Shown piece by piece: positions 26,231 through 40,385 of a stretch of 64,000 nt of DNA (the stretch's first letter is position 1; every line of letters begins with the position of its first letter). Origin of the DNA: Camelus dromedarius (taxonomy: Eukaryota); contig NC_087436.1 of NCBI RefSeq assembly GCF_036321535.1, positions 58,654,001 to 58,718,000 on the forward strand. Direction: 5' to 3'. The notes under the pieces are model-generated. The model had not been told where the DNA came from. It saw only the letters and a program-made list of their open reading frames with translations, and made no database searches. The translations under genes and the position numbers were made by a program.

Positions 26231-29200
26231 CAGATGAACATTCTTTGCTATACTGCTGCAATCCATTTCCTATTTTCCAAATATAAATATTTTTGTTTTC
26301 TTTTTTCCTCCTCTGTATGTGGATGGTTATATTAGCCAGATTGCAGATTGGTAGGCTGGTATATCATATCTGAGGAGAGATTCTGTTTTGTGCTGTACCA
26401 GGAATTTCGTCTGTCTATTTTGAACTTATATGATGAAGGAAAATATATCACTCAACAATAAACATGCTTTCTTTTAACAATGTTTTATAGATTTCCATTT
26501 CTGCTTAGGATATACAAAGCCAAAGAAGAGCACTGCTCTGATCCTAACGATAAGAAAGTATTGAATGATCTATGAAAATATAATTTTCCTTGAACCCATC
26601 ATAGAGCAGTGGTGAGACAACAAAGTATACTAAGTTCCAAAGAGTGGAAAGCACCTCTAACGTGAGACAGGACACAAAACTGCTTCACTTTGGCAGAGCA
26701 CAGAGGAAAAATTTGAGCAGCAGTTAATAAGAAATCAGCAAATTTTAAAATAAATTCCTAAAGGGTGAATTTGTGGTAGCATAAAAATTTTGAATAAGAG
26801 CATCAGACACGAGGGAGGTTGGCACTCATTCATTAGCTCTTTTCTATGGATATACAGAGAGGCTCATGGGAGAGAATGAGAGCAGGACAGGACACCAGAA
26901 ATACCCCATAACTGCTACACACATATTTTGAGGAACAACTTCAAAATATGGCCCTCTTCCCTGGGGTCTTCTCACTAGGAAGAAAAATGCTTTGAGCTGC
27001 TGAGGGACAGCAAACTGTCTTGCAACCAGGGACCAGGCAAAGATCCAATGTTTGTGTATAAGCAAAACTCATCAGCTTCTGTGGAAGGGTTAGTAAGCTC
27101 TGCTTTCTGACATTCGAAACCAAGAAAAGATCACTGGTTCTGGGAGAGTGAGAGAATCAAAATTTTCTGCCACTGGGGGATAGACAACAAAACCTTTTTG
27201 AGTCATAATCTTGTGCCTTTATAAAGCAGAGATGTGTTATTGCTAGGAGCAAGGAGGAGCAAAATCCTCTCTCTTGTTTAAGAACCTCCACGGATGCAAG
27301 TCTGAATACTTCAATCATTGAGATTAGCAAAACAAGAATAATACCAACGCCCCCTTCCTGACCCTCAAGGACACAGATGTTGTCTACAATTGAGCTTTCA
27401 CCAGAAGAACGAAAAACTCACTCCCTGCCCCCACCATGAGCCTAGCACTGAGGAACAAGCAATAGAAGACCATCACTGGTAGAGAAAAAAAATGTGAAGA
27501 GAGAACCACTATTTGGCACAGTCATACAATAGATTCTGAAAGCTGAAGATGAAGCAGAAAAACTGAAAAAACCCTATAGCATCAAGAGACTCACCCTAAG
27601 TACATGGTTCAGGCAGCCCACCACTGAAGGAACTTGAAGGAACTTGTTAACACTATCAACAATAAAACCCAAACTCAATTGAATCATTTACCACCATTGT
27701 AACAGAAGAAGAGTAGTATTCATTTCCAGCTATAAATACTCTTAATCTCAGGCTCTGGTGTTCTTCAATTGACAATGTTCAATATTCATTCTAAAATTAT
27801 ATGACAAATAAAATAGTAAGAAAAAAGGCTATTTTTCAGAGATAAAGCAATCAACGGAAGCAGATTGAGATATTACCAAGATGTTGGAACTATCAGTCAG
27901 AGCCTTTATAGTAGCTACCCTTTAATATATTAAAGGATATAGTGGTAAAGGCAAAGGTAAAGAACATACATGAAACATGAGAAATTTCAAAAGAAAGATG
28001 GAAACTATTAAAAAAAAGTCAAATAAAATCCACTCACCCTTCCAAAACATGTTATCAAAGATAAAAAATTACTATGATGCTTTTGACACATCTGAGGAAG
28101 AAATTTGTAAACTTAAAAATAGGTAAATATAAATTATCCAAAATAATATATAAAAAGAAAAATGAATTAAAAAAGCAGATCAGACCATGTTGGAGCTTCA
28201 GGACACTATCAAATGGTCTAATGTGTGTGCTTTGATCTATAGAGGAAAATAAAAAGAAAGGGGAAGAAGAAATACTAGAAAAGATTATGACAGATTTCCA
28301 AATATAATGAAGTACGATAAACCAAAGATCGAAGAATCTCAGAGAATTCCAAGCAAGATATTAAAGAAGTAAAAACACAAACACATCAGAGTTAAACTGC
28401 AAAAACAGAAAAGTAAAGAGTCAATCTTGAAAGCAACCAGGGAAAAAAAAAAAAAGGAAAACATTGCATACTGAGGGACAGAGATAAGAATTACAGCGTA
28501 CTTCCCATAAAAACTATGCAAGCCAGAAGGCAATGGAGTGACATCTGTAAAGTACTGAAAGAAAATGAATTCATAAGTTAGAACACTAAACCCAGCAAAA
28601 ATATCTTTCAGAAATGAAGATAAAATAAAGACTTTTCAGACAAACAAAGCTAATAATTTCAAGACCTCCATTACAATAACTTTTAGAAATCATAAGAACA
28701 AAGATGATACAGATAGAAATTGGGATTTATAGAAAGAAAAAGAACCAGAGTAGTAAAATAGAGATGAAATGTAAAAGATACATTCTTTTCCCTCCTGTAA
28801 TTCCTTATAAGACAATTTACTTTTTAAAGTAAAAATAACTGCAAGGTGTTATGAGATTTATAACCAATGTGGATGCAAATTGTATAAAATAGCACAAAAG
28901 GTAGGAAGAAGAAAATTAAATTATAGTGTGCAATATTTTTTCAAGATATGTTGTGATAAGTTAAATCTCATATTGTAAAATAAAAAGCAATCAATAAAGC
29001 AATTTTAAAATAGCCACAGCTACTAAGCCAGAAATGGAGATAATGAATAACTTACAGGTAAATGATAAAATAGAGCAGTTGAAATTGTCAAAATGGATTA
29101 AAAAATCAAAACTTAACTCTATGCTTTTTATAAGAAACCCACTTTCAATATATCACTACAGATAAAAGGATTAAAATAAAAGGATTTAAAAGGCTATGTC

Positions 29201-31930
29201 CTGGAAACATTAATAAAAAGAAATCTGAAGTGATTATATTAATAGCAGAAAATGTAGACTTCAGAATAAGAAGTATAAATCAGTCATAAATAACATTACA
29301 TGATAATAAGTATTGAGTCTTTGAGAAGACACAGCAAACTCAAATGTGTATGAATCTGACACAACAGTACTTCAAAATACATTAAGTATTAATAAAACAA
29401 AAGCACAGAAATCCACAATTTTAGTTGTAGAAATCAGCACAGCCCGTCCATAATCAATAGAAGCAGTAGACAGAAATCAGTGATATAGAACATCACTATC
29501 AACCAATTAACTTAACTGGCATTTATATAATATTCCACTCAATAACTGCAAAATATACATTCTTTTCAGGTGCCCAGGGAAGATATACTAAGATAGAACA
29601 TTTTTCTGGGCCATAAAGGAAACTTCAATGTATTTAAAAGTATTAAAATCATGCAAATTATGTTACAAATCAATGAAGAATGACATTTGGAAAATGAAAT
29701 ATATTTGGAAATTAAACAAAATATTTCTCAACAACCCACAAATCAAAAAGGAATACACAGATAATTTTAAAAATATTTGAATTGAATAAAAGTGAAGACA
29801 CAAAATATCAAAATTTGTGGGAAGAAGAAGTAAGGGAATAATAAATACCATGAAAAAAATCAATAAAAAACAGGAAAAAATAAAAGAGAAAACCAATGAA
29901 ACTAAAAGCTGATTATTTGAAGAAGATTAAAAAAAAATGATAGTCATCTAGCCATGCTGATAAAGAAGAAAATATAAATGTTTCATTACAAATTTTAAAA
30001 ATCTAAGAGGGGAACTATTAAAATCCAATAAGCATTTAAAAGAAAACAGAGGGAATATTATCTTTTAAACCTTATATCAATAAATTTTATTTGAAAATAC
30101 AAGCAATGAACAAATTTCTTAAGAGAAACAAACTCCCAAAGCTCATTCAAGAATTAGGTAACGTGCATAGCTCATATCTGTTACAGAAGTTAAATTCATA
30201 ATCCAACTTTCTCACAAAGAAAACTCCCAGGAGCAGATGATGAATTGTACCAAAGATTTAGGAAATAAGGTGAACTCTTCACAAGGACACAGAATAGTAA
30301 AGAACATTTACCCATTCATTTTATGAGGTCAGCATTACCCCAATATCCAAACAAGCAAAAGCAATACAAGGAAGAAAAGAACTACAGATCAATATCCCCT
30401 ATGAAAGTACACACAAAAATATTTACCAAAATAGTAGCAAAGCAAACCCAGGAATATACACAAAAAGATTATTCATCATAACCAAGTAGAGTTTATCCAA
30501 AGAATGTGAAGTGGTTCATCAGTCAATATCAACCAATGAAATGCATCATATCGGTAGACAAAAAAAAGATATCACATGATAATAGCATTATATATTATAA
30601 TTTGAAATAAATCAACATCCACTTTTTAAGAAAAACTTTAACCAAGCATGAATAGAGTAGACCTTCTTCACCCTTATCAAAGTCATCTGTGAAAAATCCT
30701 ACATCTAACATCACACCTAGTGGTTAAAGACTTAATGCTTTCCCTCAAACATTGCAAAGGCGCAAGCATATCTACTCTTCTCATTTATACTCAACAGTGT
30801 TTTAGAGGACTTAAATTGTGCAATAAGGCAAGAAAAAATACATATTGGTTGCAAAGGAAGATATAAAACTTATTTATTCATGGAAAACATGATTATCCCT
30901 GTACAAAACCACCAAACATCTACAAAATGGCTATTAAAGCTATCAGTAAGGATGTAGGATATAAAGTCAATATACAAAAATTGATTGTAATTTTATAAAA
31001 CAGCAATTTCAGAATCAAATATATAATTTACAACAACATTAAAAACATGAATTATGTATAAATCTAACAAAATATGTGCAAGACTTTTACTATGAAAAGT
31101 ACAAAACTTTGATGACAGAAATTAAAGATGATGCAAATATATAGCAATATATATATTGTGTTTATGGATCAAAGAATTCAGTATTCTTAAGATCTCAGTT
31201 CATTCCAAGTTGATTTATAAAATACTGTTATTCCAAACAATAGTAAAGCTGATACTAAAGTTTATGCAAGAAACAAAACAACAACAGAAAACTTTGGAAA
31301 ACAAGAATAAGTTTGAAAACGCTCACTTGGCAAAATTACAAGACTTTCTATGAAGCTGCAGTCACAAGGATGATGTGTTACTGAAATAAGTATAGATACA
31401 GAAGTCAATGAAACATATTAGAATCTAGGATTGAACCTATGCATAAATTTTCAATTGATTTGAAAAGGTACTAAGATAACTCATTGGAGAAAATACAATT
31501 TTTCAATAAATAATGCTGGAAAATTTGGATATCCATATTCAAAAAAATGAACTCAACTTTTATCTTGCATCATGTAAAAATATTTTTTGCAAAAGAGTTT
31601 ATGCAACTAAATATAAATCTAAATATACAAAATTTCTAGAAGAAATCTTTGGGGAAAATATTTGTGAGCTTGGGTTAAGCAAAGATTTCTTTGGACACAA
31701 AGTGCACAAACTTTGAAACAAACAAACAAAAATACTGCAGTAAAATTAAAATCTGTACTCCTTTAAAGATGCTGTTAATATTAAAAGAAAAATTAAAAGA
31801 CAAATCACGTCTGGGAGAAAGTATTTACCAAAACAATGCGATTAAAAAAAATAAAAACCTTGTGTCCTGAATATACAAATATCTCTTCTAATTAAAGACT
31901 AATAATTCAATTTTTAAATGTACAAAATAT

Positions 31931-34229
31931 GATGAAATCTAATCCTATTAATGATAAGAACTCTTAGCAAATTAGGTATAATGGGGAATTTCCTCAACTT
32001 TATAGAGAATATCTATAAAAACCCTAGAGTTGACATCCTGCTTAATGGTCAGAAACTAAAAGCTGCTAAGATAAGGAACAAAACAAGGATATCCCCTCTT
32101 ACCACTCCTTTTTGAAATCATACTGGAAGTTCTAGCTAATTCAATAATACAAGAAAAGGAAATAAAAATATAGATTGGGAAGAAATAAATAAAACTTTGT
32201 TTTCAGGTAACATGATTGTCTATGTAGGAAACCCAAAGGAATCATGAGAAAACAACCTGGAATTAATAAGCAATTTTACAGCAAGTTTGCAAGTTAAAGG
32301 TTAATATACAAAAGTCAATCACTTTCTTATACTAGCAATAAACAAGTAGAATTTGAAAATCAAACACAATAACATTTATATCAGAACTTCAAAAAATGAT
32401 GCATTAGTTATAAATTTTTAAAAATGTACAAGATCTTTATGAAGACAACTACAAAACTCGGAAGAGATCAAAGAGAACTAATATGGAGAGAAATCCACAT
32501 TCATGGATAGGAAGACTCAATACCATCAAGATGTCAGTTCTTCTCAACTTGATCTACAGATTCAATGCAATCCCAATCAAAACCCCAGTAAGTTATTTTG
32601 AAAATATTGACAAAGTAATTCTAAATTTTATATGGAAACTAAATATACCAGAATGGCCAAAATAACATTGAAAGAGAAGAACAAATGTGGAGTACTGAAA
32701 TTACTCAACTGTAATACTTAAGTTTACAATAAATCAAAACCATGTGGTATTGGTGAAAGAATAGACAAATCTAATAATGTAATGGAATAAAGAGCCCAGA
32801 AATAGACCTCCATAAGTATAGCCAATTAGTTTTTGACAAAGGAGCAAAGGCAATAAAATGGAGCAAAGACAGTCTCTTCGATAAACATTTCTGAAACAAC
32901 TGGATGTCTGCATGCAAAAAAAATTAAATCAACATGGTTCATGGACCTAAATATAAAACGTGAAACTATAAAACTCTTCGAAGATAACATTGGAGAAAAG
33001 TCTAGATGACCTTGTTTATGGTGATGCCTTTTTAGATGCAGGACCTAAGGCAAGGTCCATAGAAGAAATCACAGATGAGTTAGACTTTATTAAAATTAAA
33101 GGCTTATGCTCTATGAAACAAAACTTCAAGATATTATAAGATAAGCCACAGAGTAGGAGAAACTATTTGCAAAAGTTACATTTTATAATGGATTTTTATC
33201 TAAAAACAATATACACTTACAACCCAATAATAAAAAGCAAACCACACAATTTAAAAAATGGACCAAAGACCTTAACAGACACCTCAACAAAGACAACACA
33301 CAGTTGGCAAATAAGCATGTGAAAAGATGTCCCTCATCGTATGTCATCAGGGAAATGAAATTAAAACAATAAGATACCACAACACACCTATTAGAATGGT
33401 AAAAATCTGAGACATTGACAATGCCAAATGCTGGTGATTATGTTGGAGCAAGAAGAAGACTCATTCATTGTTGGTGGGAATGCAAAATAGCACAGCCACT
33501 TTGGAAGACAGTTTGGTGGTTTCTTAAAAAAAAAAAGCTAAACACATTGTTACCAAAGGCTCCAGCAATCTCATTCCTTGCATGAGTTGTAACTTTTGTC
33601 TACACAGAAACCTGCACATAGACATTTAAAGAAGATTTACTCATAAGTGTCAAAACTTAGAAGCAACCAAGGTGTCCTTCAGTAGGTGACAAATAAATAA
33701 ACTGTGGTGCATACAGACATTGGAATGTTATTCAGTGCTAAAAATAAATGAAATATCAAGCCATGAAAGACATAAAGGAGACTTAAATGAATATTACTAA
33801 CTGAAACAAGCCAATCTGAAAAGACTACATACTGTATGATCCCAACTATATGGCATTCTGAAAGGGGGAAAATTATGGAGGCAGTAAAAATAATAGTGAT
33901 TGCCAGCGGGTAGGTGGGATGGAGGGATGAATAGGAGCACCCAGATGATTTCTAGGGCAGTGAATCTACTCTGTAGGATACTACAGTGGATGACACAGGT
34001 CATTATATATTGTAAATCCCATAAAATGTACAACACTAAGAGTGAACCCTCATGTAAGCTATGTACTTTGGATGATAATGATATGCAGTTTCATGTATTG
34101 TAACAAATACATCATTGTGGTATCAATGTTGATAGTAGGGGAGGCTGTGCATGTGTGGTTAGGGAGTATACAGGAATTGCTATGATCCTAAAAGTGCTCT
34201 AAAAATAAAGTCTATTAATAAAACAATTG
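31931..34229 (+). mobile_element. 5'-truncated L1MC-like element nested in the host L1 ORF2
   Basis: ORF2 restarts in the RT region; ORF 32483 SWIGRLNTIKMSVLLNLIYRFNAIPIK is a classic L1 ORF2 segment. The L1MC-type 3' UTR ends aaaaataaagtctatt. Flanked by ACAAAATAT at 31922-31930 and 34230-34238. Confidence 0.85.
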
Positions 34230-34899
34230 ACAAAATATTTAGAGAATCTTTATAAGAAAGATGAATGGCAAATAATTGTGGAAATATGTTCAATGTTATT
34301 ATTCATTAGGGCAATGCAAGTTAAAACAACAATTAACTATTTCTACAAACCTGTCAGAAAGGCTCAAATTTTAAAAAACAGGGGCCATAGAAAATGCTAG
34401 TGAGGATGTGGTGCAGATAGAAATTCCATATATTGGTGGTAGAAAGGCAGAGTGATGCAGCTAATTTGCAAGCAGTTTAGCAGTTTCTTATAAAGTTAAA
34501 CATACAATTTCCATTAGACATAGCAATCTCATTATGTAAGTTACCTAAGAGAAATAAAAGCACACGTCCAAGATTAGACTTGGATATGAATATTTAAAGC
34601 TAATTTATATGTAATTGATCAAAACTAGAAACAAGCCAAATATCAGAATAATAGTGGATAGCTAAACAAACTGTTGTACATTCATACAATATAATGCTAT
34701 TCATCAGTAAAAAGAAACAAACTCCTAGAACATGCAACAGTATAAAAAAAATCTCAAAAGCATATGCAAAGGGAAAGAAGCTAGAGACAGAAGGCTATAT
34801 ACTGAGTGATCTATTGACTGGGAAAAGATAAAACTATCTACAAAGGAGTATACAGGATCTTTTGAGGATGTTAGAAATATTCTTTCTCAATGAGGTTTA

Positions 34900-35714
34900 A
34901 GTATTCTGGCACAAATTCCAGTGTGGGAGAGGGGTTCCCCACACCAACTAGCAATTCTCGGGACTCCAGCTGTGTGTCCTGCAATTCAATTCAATTCTGA
35001 CACTATCTATCTGGAGAAAACATCAGATTCCACAGGTTAAGGGTTCAGTCCTCAAGACTGCCTCCCCAACATACACACACACTCTTTAGATACCAGTTGC
35101 AAGCCCAGGTTGTTACCTGTACTTCTGATCAACTGGTAATAAAACAGAGGTTCCCAAGATGCCCTTCTTGGGTTTGAATAATTTGCTAGAGCAGCTCACA
35201 GAACTCAGAGGAACCGTTTACTTTTTAGCTCACCAGTTTATTGTACAAAGATGTAACTCAGGAAAAGCCAGATGGAAAAGATGCACAGGGCAAGATACAG
35301 GGAAAGAATGTGGAGCTTTCATGCCCTCTCCCCAAATCTCCATGAGTTCATCAACCTGGATGCTCTTCGCTGTGTCCTTTGGATTTTTATGGAGGCTTCT
35401 GAACTGAGTCATAATAGATTAAATAATTGACCTTAAGCCACTAATTCAACCCCGAGTCCCTCTCCCCTCCCTGGAGGCTGATGGGATGATTGCTGAAAGT
35501 TCCAACCCTCTAATCACCTGGTTGGTTCCCCTGGCAACCAGCCCTCTTAAGTAACTGAAGGGCTTTCCAAAAGTCAACCATTAACATAATAAAAGACAAC
35601 TTTATTGCTCTTAATTCAGGAAATTCCAGAGATTTTAGGAGCTCTGTGCTAGAATGGCTCAGTAACACAAAAGACCAAATATATATGTTTTTTATTATAA
35701 ATCACAATATCACA
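34900..35714 (-). mobile_element. MER21-family LTR inserted in the host L1 3' UTR
   Basis: The minus strand begins TGTGATATTGTGATTTATAATAAAAAACATATATATTTGGTCTTTTG...CACAGAGCTCCTAAAATCTCTGGAATTTCCTG, matching the recalled MER21 5' end. Confidence 0.85.
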
Positions 35715-38018
35715 GGGGGTGATCATAGGGTATTTGTAAAAACTCATCAAACAGGACAGCTAGAAAAGTTGGCTTATTTACATATAAATTATGCCTTAAG
35801 AAACCTGACTTTAAAAATAATGTTTAGTGCATGAAAACCGATACCTTATTCATCACTGTAATATTTCAAAAGCTTGAGGATGAATAGAATGCCAAGGTCA
35901 TTCAACAACCAACGGGACATTCCAATAAGATCAACAAACACTGCTTCTAATGAAGTTTGAATGATTGATTTTTCTTTCATTAATCTTGATTGATATATCT
36001 TCCTTATTAACTTAATGTGATCAAAATTTTAACTGACTAGGAAGGGCAATTCAACAGAGGCTATTGAATTTTCTGGAAAACATTTGAATTTTCTAGAAAA
36101 AATTACTACCCTCCCTACTTTCCACAACATAAAACCACAGCAAAAGAAATGAAACATTTAATCAAACAACTTGAGAAATATTTTCATTAATTAAAGAAGT
36201 TTAAAAATTGTTACAATTTTACTGAATATATTAATGTGCTCTCAATGAATGAATCATTTACATTTCTTTTTCTACTTTAATTGAGCATCAATCCCAAGAA
36301 TCATCAGGAAAAAAAAAGTTAATGTTAGCCATCTTCCTGTTTTATTACAATCCGAGTCATCAACTCTCCACACACCTTTTGAAATAATGAACTTTTTGCC
36401 AATGATTTCTGGCCTGTGGAAGTAAGTATTGAGTTAAAGAAGCACATTCTGCCCTACTCACAATTACCACATAGAGAATTTACCGAATTTCTGAAAAGGC
36501 AACTTGGCAATGTCTTATTACATGTTTATCATCACCAAATGAACATATATTTTCAATTATGACCATGAATTCATTTCTTCATAGTTGTGCAAGCTTAAGT
36601 TCTTTTCATGCTTCAAATGAAAAACCCCTTACCATTAAAACATCCAATGAATAAAAATGTTATAACCTGCATGAAAGATCATGCTTTGATGCATTAAACA
36701 TAATTTCTTCTTCTTCAAATTTGGATCCATATTTTTACCATGACAAACAGCATCATTATAGTTGACATTTTCCTTTTTGCACAGTATTTCTATCATAAAT
36801 TAAGAAAAAATCATTAGTTCTGATTATATGAGAAGGAAATAACTAACATGATAAATTATTTGTAATGATTTAAAAAATAAATTTAATAAGGAAGATATTG
36901 TTTCTTTAGTAACTATGGTAAAGGAGCAATTTTTTCCCTATTATAATGATTAAATTTCCAAACAAACATCCTCAAATCCCACAGGGGAATTTTATAGTTT
37001 TATAAAATAGGATATTCTAACAACTTGTACTGATTTATGTGGAATAAACGAATGTACTTTTAGATATAGGTTAAAACATATCATTCAGATTGAAAAATGA
37101 TCTCTTAAATGATATTCCAATTTTGGACTTTCTGTCTGCCTTGCTCATAAAATTTTTCTTTAATAAAATTTGAATCTTTTTCATTTTGACTTAGATGGCT
37201 TAGAATTGAGGTATTTACTCAACAAGGAAGGAATATTTCTTAAATATTTAGAGATATGACTATTTATGTTATAACACTTTCTTCTGGTCTTTCAGGCCAA
37301 TGAATGAATAATAGCTACCAAAACCTACAGGAAGAATTCCAGGCAGTTCTTACCAAATTTCTTACCAGTTGCTATAGATCAAAGAAGTGGAGTCCACAAT
37401 TGAGATGGATAATCAAGGTAAATTCTGGCATTCAATGAACAGACTCCCTATTATGGGACGTAACATTTTTCTTTTATCTCCTCCAGTTGAATCAAGACTG
37501 CTGTCTAGGTGTTTCTCAGAATATAAGGGTAAAATCATCAATACTATTTAATAAACTTAATAAATAAATATGTACAGAATGGCAATTGATTAATAAAATC
37601 ATTTTCAAAAGTAAAAAGATAAAAAGTTATTAAGATGATGAATAATTAAGTTGTTGGCTGTATAGTGTATTATCAGAAATCAAAAAGCAGAATAATAAAC
37701 ATCTAAAGACATAAAAATGCTATTATCTACCTGGACAAACAAAATGTCTTTAAAATCTAGGTATAGAAGTATGCTACAAATCTTTTCAAAAAACCTGTTT
37801 CAGGGAGACAAATTCATCTAAATTTTAGAAAAATTTTCTCTTAAGAAATGATTAATAAAGATGATATTTAATTATTTCTCTTTTTTTTGGTCAATCTCAA
37901 GACTTAAATCTTTGTTGTAAAATAGAGACTAAGATTTCAACTTTATAATAAAAATAAATTGAAGCCTCTGCTTTTCCAAGAAGGGAGAGAGGTTTCCCAC
38001 CAATTGTATTTGTAGAAT

Positions 38019-38558
38019 TGTTACCATGAGGAGGGGAAAAGACCCTAGTTCTTGTCTTACCCAAGGAAACTGAAAGCATTATGTAAACACGGGCTTTTAT
38101 TAGTAGAGCAAAAGTTAGTAAAGTACACCTTTGAGAATTGACGGCAGCCCAACCCAAGAGAGGAAAATGGCACTGCTGCATTGTTTCTGCTGTCTTATAT
38201 CCTGGCTTAGGAGCATTCTTGTGATTGATTGACAGCTTCTGTCCCTTAAGTGCTTAGGTATGTCCGTTTCCTTTGCACATGCTCTTACCCATAATGCACA
38301 CAGAAAAGCCCATGGAAGGGGGCCCAAACCTCAATTCTAATGATATTATACTGAGCATTGGGTTATGTTGAGTCCTTCTCTCTACTGTGCAGTCCCAACG
38401 TCCAATTCTAACCAGCTTCTTTGTTGGCACTCATTTAGAGAAAGTAAAACTCTTTGAAGCTCCTTATCCTGAGTGCAGGCATACTGTTATCATCTGGATT
38501 ACTCCCTCTTCTTTCCTCTCCCTGTGGCCAGTGCTCATTTCTATCTAATTGTCTAACA
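38019..38558 (-). mobile_element. ERV1-type solo LTR, 540 bp, intact termini
   Basis: Inverted termini TGTTA...TAACA and a near-perfect 4-bp TSD (GAAT/GAAC). A minus-strand TATA-like GATATAAG (~38193-38200) precedes AATAAA (38101-38096), consistent with U3-R-U5 order. Confidence 0.8.
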
Positions 38559-38941
38559 GAACCATCAGTCACTGAAAGTCTGAGATTTCTATTTCATACC
38601 TGTAATCTATAGGGTAAAGAAAGTCTTTGGAAAAGGGGACATTATACCTTTGTGAAGAAATTTCAGATACAATCTGGACAGTTTCCATTTGTCTTTATCT
38701 TCTTTTCTGTATAAAGAGATCATTGGGATTCCACATAGTATCTAGGATAGCATTATTAATTATTTTTGTAATCTATGATATTCAGTGCCTAACTTTCTTA
38801 CTTGGAATATTTGGGAATAAAATATTGTTATGTCAGAAGTAGGAAGTTCTGTTATGCCTCTTCTATGCTGTTTCAAGGAAAGGAAGGGATAAAATAATCC
38901 CTAATGTGTGATGCTCAAAAAGTCTCTGTCCTTTTCTACCT

Positions 38942-38977
38942 ATCTCTCTCTCTTTCTCTCTCTCACACACACACACA
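38942..38977. repeat. Compound (TC)n(AC)n microsatellite
   Basis: atctctctctctttctctctctcacacacacacaca. Confidence 0.9.
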
Positions 38978-40352
38978 ATTGCTGTAAAATCCTGTTTTTC
39001 CTTATACCCTTTTCTCTTTTACCTAAGAGCCTTCTTTGTTCCTAGCTCAGTTTTAATTAGGCTTTAGAATTTTTACTTTTCTCTTTTTAAAAAAGAAAGT
39101 AATGATGCTATTTAAATATTTTGGAGCTATTTTAAAACTAATAAAACCTTGCAATTTGAAATAAAATTTGAAGTTGAATTTTCATGATGACATAGCAATA
39201 CTCTTGTGATCTTCAGATAGCAGGATCACAGCAATTATTTTCTCATAGCATAGAACTACTTTTTCTTGTACTAAAGTTATTCAAGGGAAGGCTTAGGGTT
39301 ACTTTATTCAAATAGGTAAAGTTCTATATTAATTAAGAATGAATGTATACAGAAAAAGAAAAATACTAATCAAGTTCTTCTTTCAGGTAAAGAAAGAAAT
39401 ACTAAAATGTTAACTTTCTAAATTCTCTTTTTACTTGCAGTTTTAGGTATTAAAAATATCAGTTGAATCTATTCATTATTCCCAAGTATCAGCTTCTACC
39501 TATTATTGGACACTAATACCTTGAACTTCAAGAGTTAAAACAATACAGATTATTTATGACTGAGAATGTTATCAGCACAATAGTAATACCATAAAATACG
39601 AAAGTAAATTTCTAATCTTTATTAATGCACTAATGGTGAGATAGCATAGATTTCATTTGTACATACCCCAGTAAGTTGAATCCTGATGCAATTCACAAAA
39701 GTGGAAATTATTAGTTTACATATCCAATATTTCTCCTGTTAGGGATACTTACTTAATGATCAAACATTGAACTTCATTATTTAAGTCACTTATTGTTAAA
39801 GAAGTATAGCTGAAGAATCGTATGTGTCTTCGAAATTATTTACAGATAAATGAAAGCAAGAGTTTATTTGTTCCATTCTTTTGGTAAGAAAAATGCCTTT
39901 TCATGTATTTGGGTTTTATTCTTTTTCAATAGACAGTTAACCCTAAAGAGAACCAAAGTTGGCAGGCATTTGACTTTTCAAGGCCACACACTGAAGCTCC
40001 TTACCAGCTCGTTGCTACAGATAATATTCACTAAACTCAGGATCATTTTTTTGAATGAAGCAATTACCTTCTACTAAAATGGAATCCAGTCCCCCAGACA
40101 AGTAATATAAACTTGAATTAGGTTTTTAATTCCGTGAGGACCAGCAAAAAACAACTCTTTTCAGAATTAGGAACCATAGATTCGTTAAGAAAATAATTGA
40201 AAAAAAAATCTAGAGTCAAGAAAGCAGAGACACAAAAGGACCAGAGAGAAATTAATTGTCAACAGATTAATTGTCAACAGGCACAATATGGGCATTCTAA
40301 AAGGCATGGGAAAGTATTAATTATAAAATTCCCTTCTTTCTCAATTTTTCTT

Positions 40353-40385
40353 TTTTTTTTTTAACATTTTTTATTGATTCATAAT
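40353..40385 (-). mobile_element. Ultra-short retroposed L1 3' tail with 16-bp TSD
   Basis: TTTCTCAATTTTTCTT at 40337-40352 and 40386-40401 flanks a minus-strand ATTATGAATCAATAAAAAATGTT-poly(A). Confidence 0.75.

Larger units (their letters stand above)
26490..35820 (+). mobile_element. Decayed near-full-length L1M (L1MD/ME-like), interrupted by two nested insertions
   Basis: 5' UTR-like ~26490-27800, ORF1-like ~27850-28750, and ORF2 EN/RT-like ~29050-31930. It resumes at ~34230-34890, and the terminal 3' UTR (gtatttgtaaaaactcatcaaac...ataaattatgccttaagaaacctgactttaaaaa) lies at 35715-35820. Many stops and frameshifts. Confidence 0.88.
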
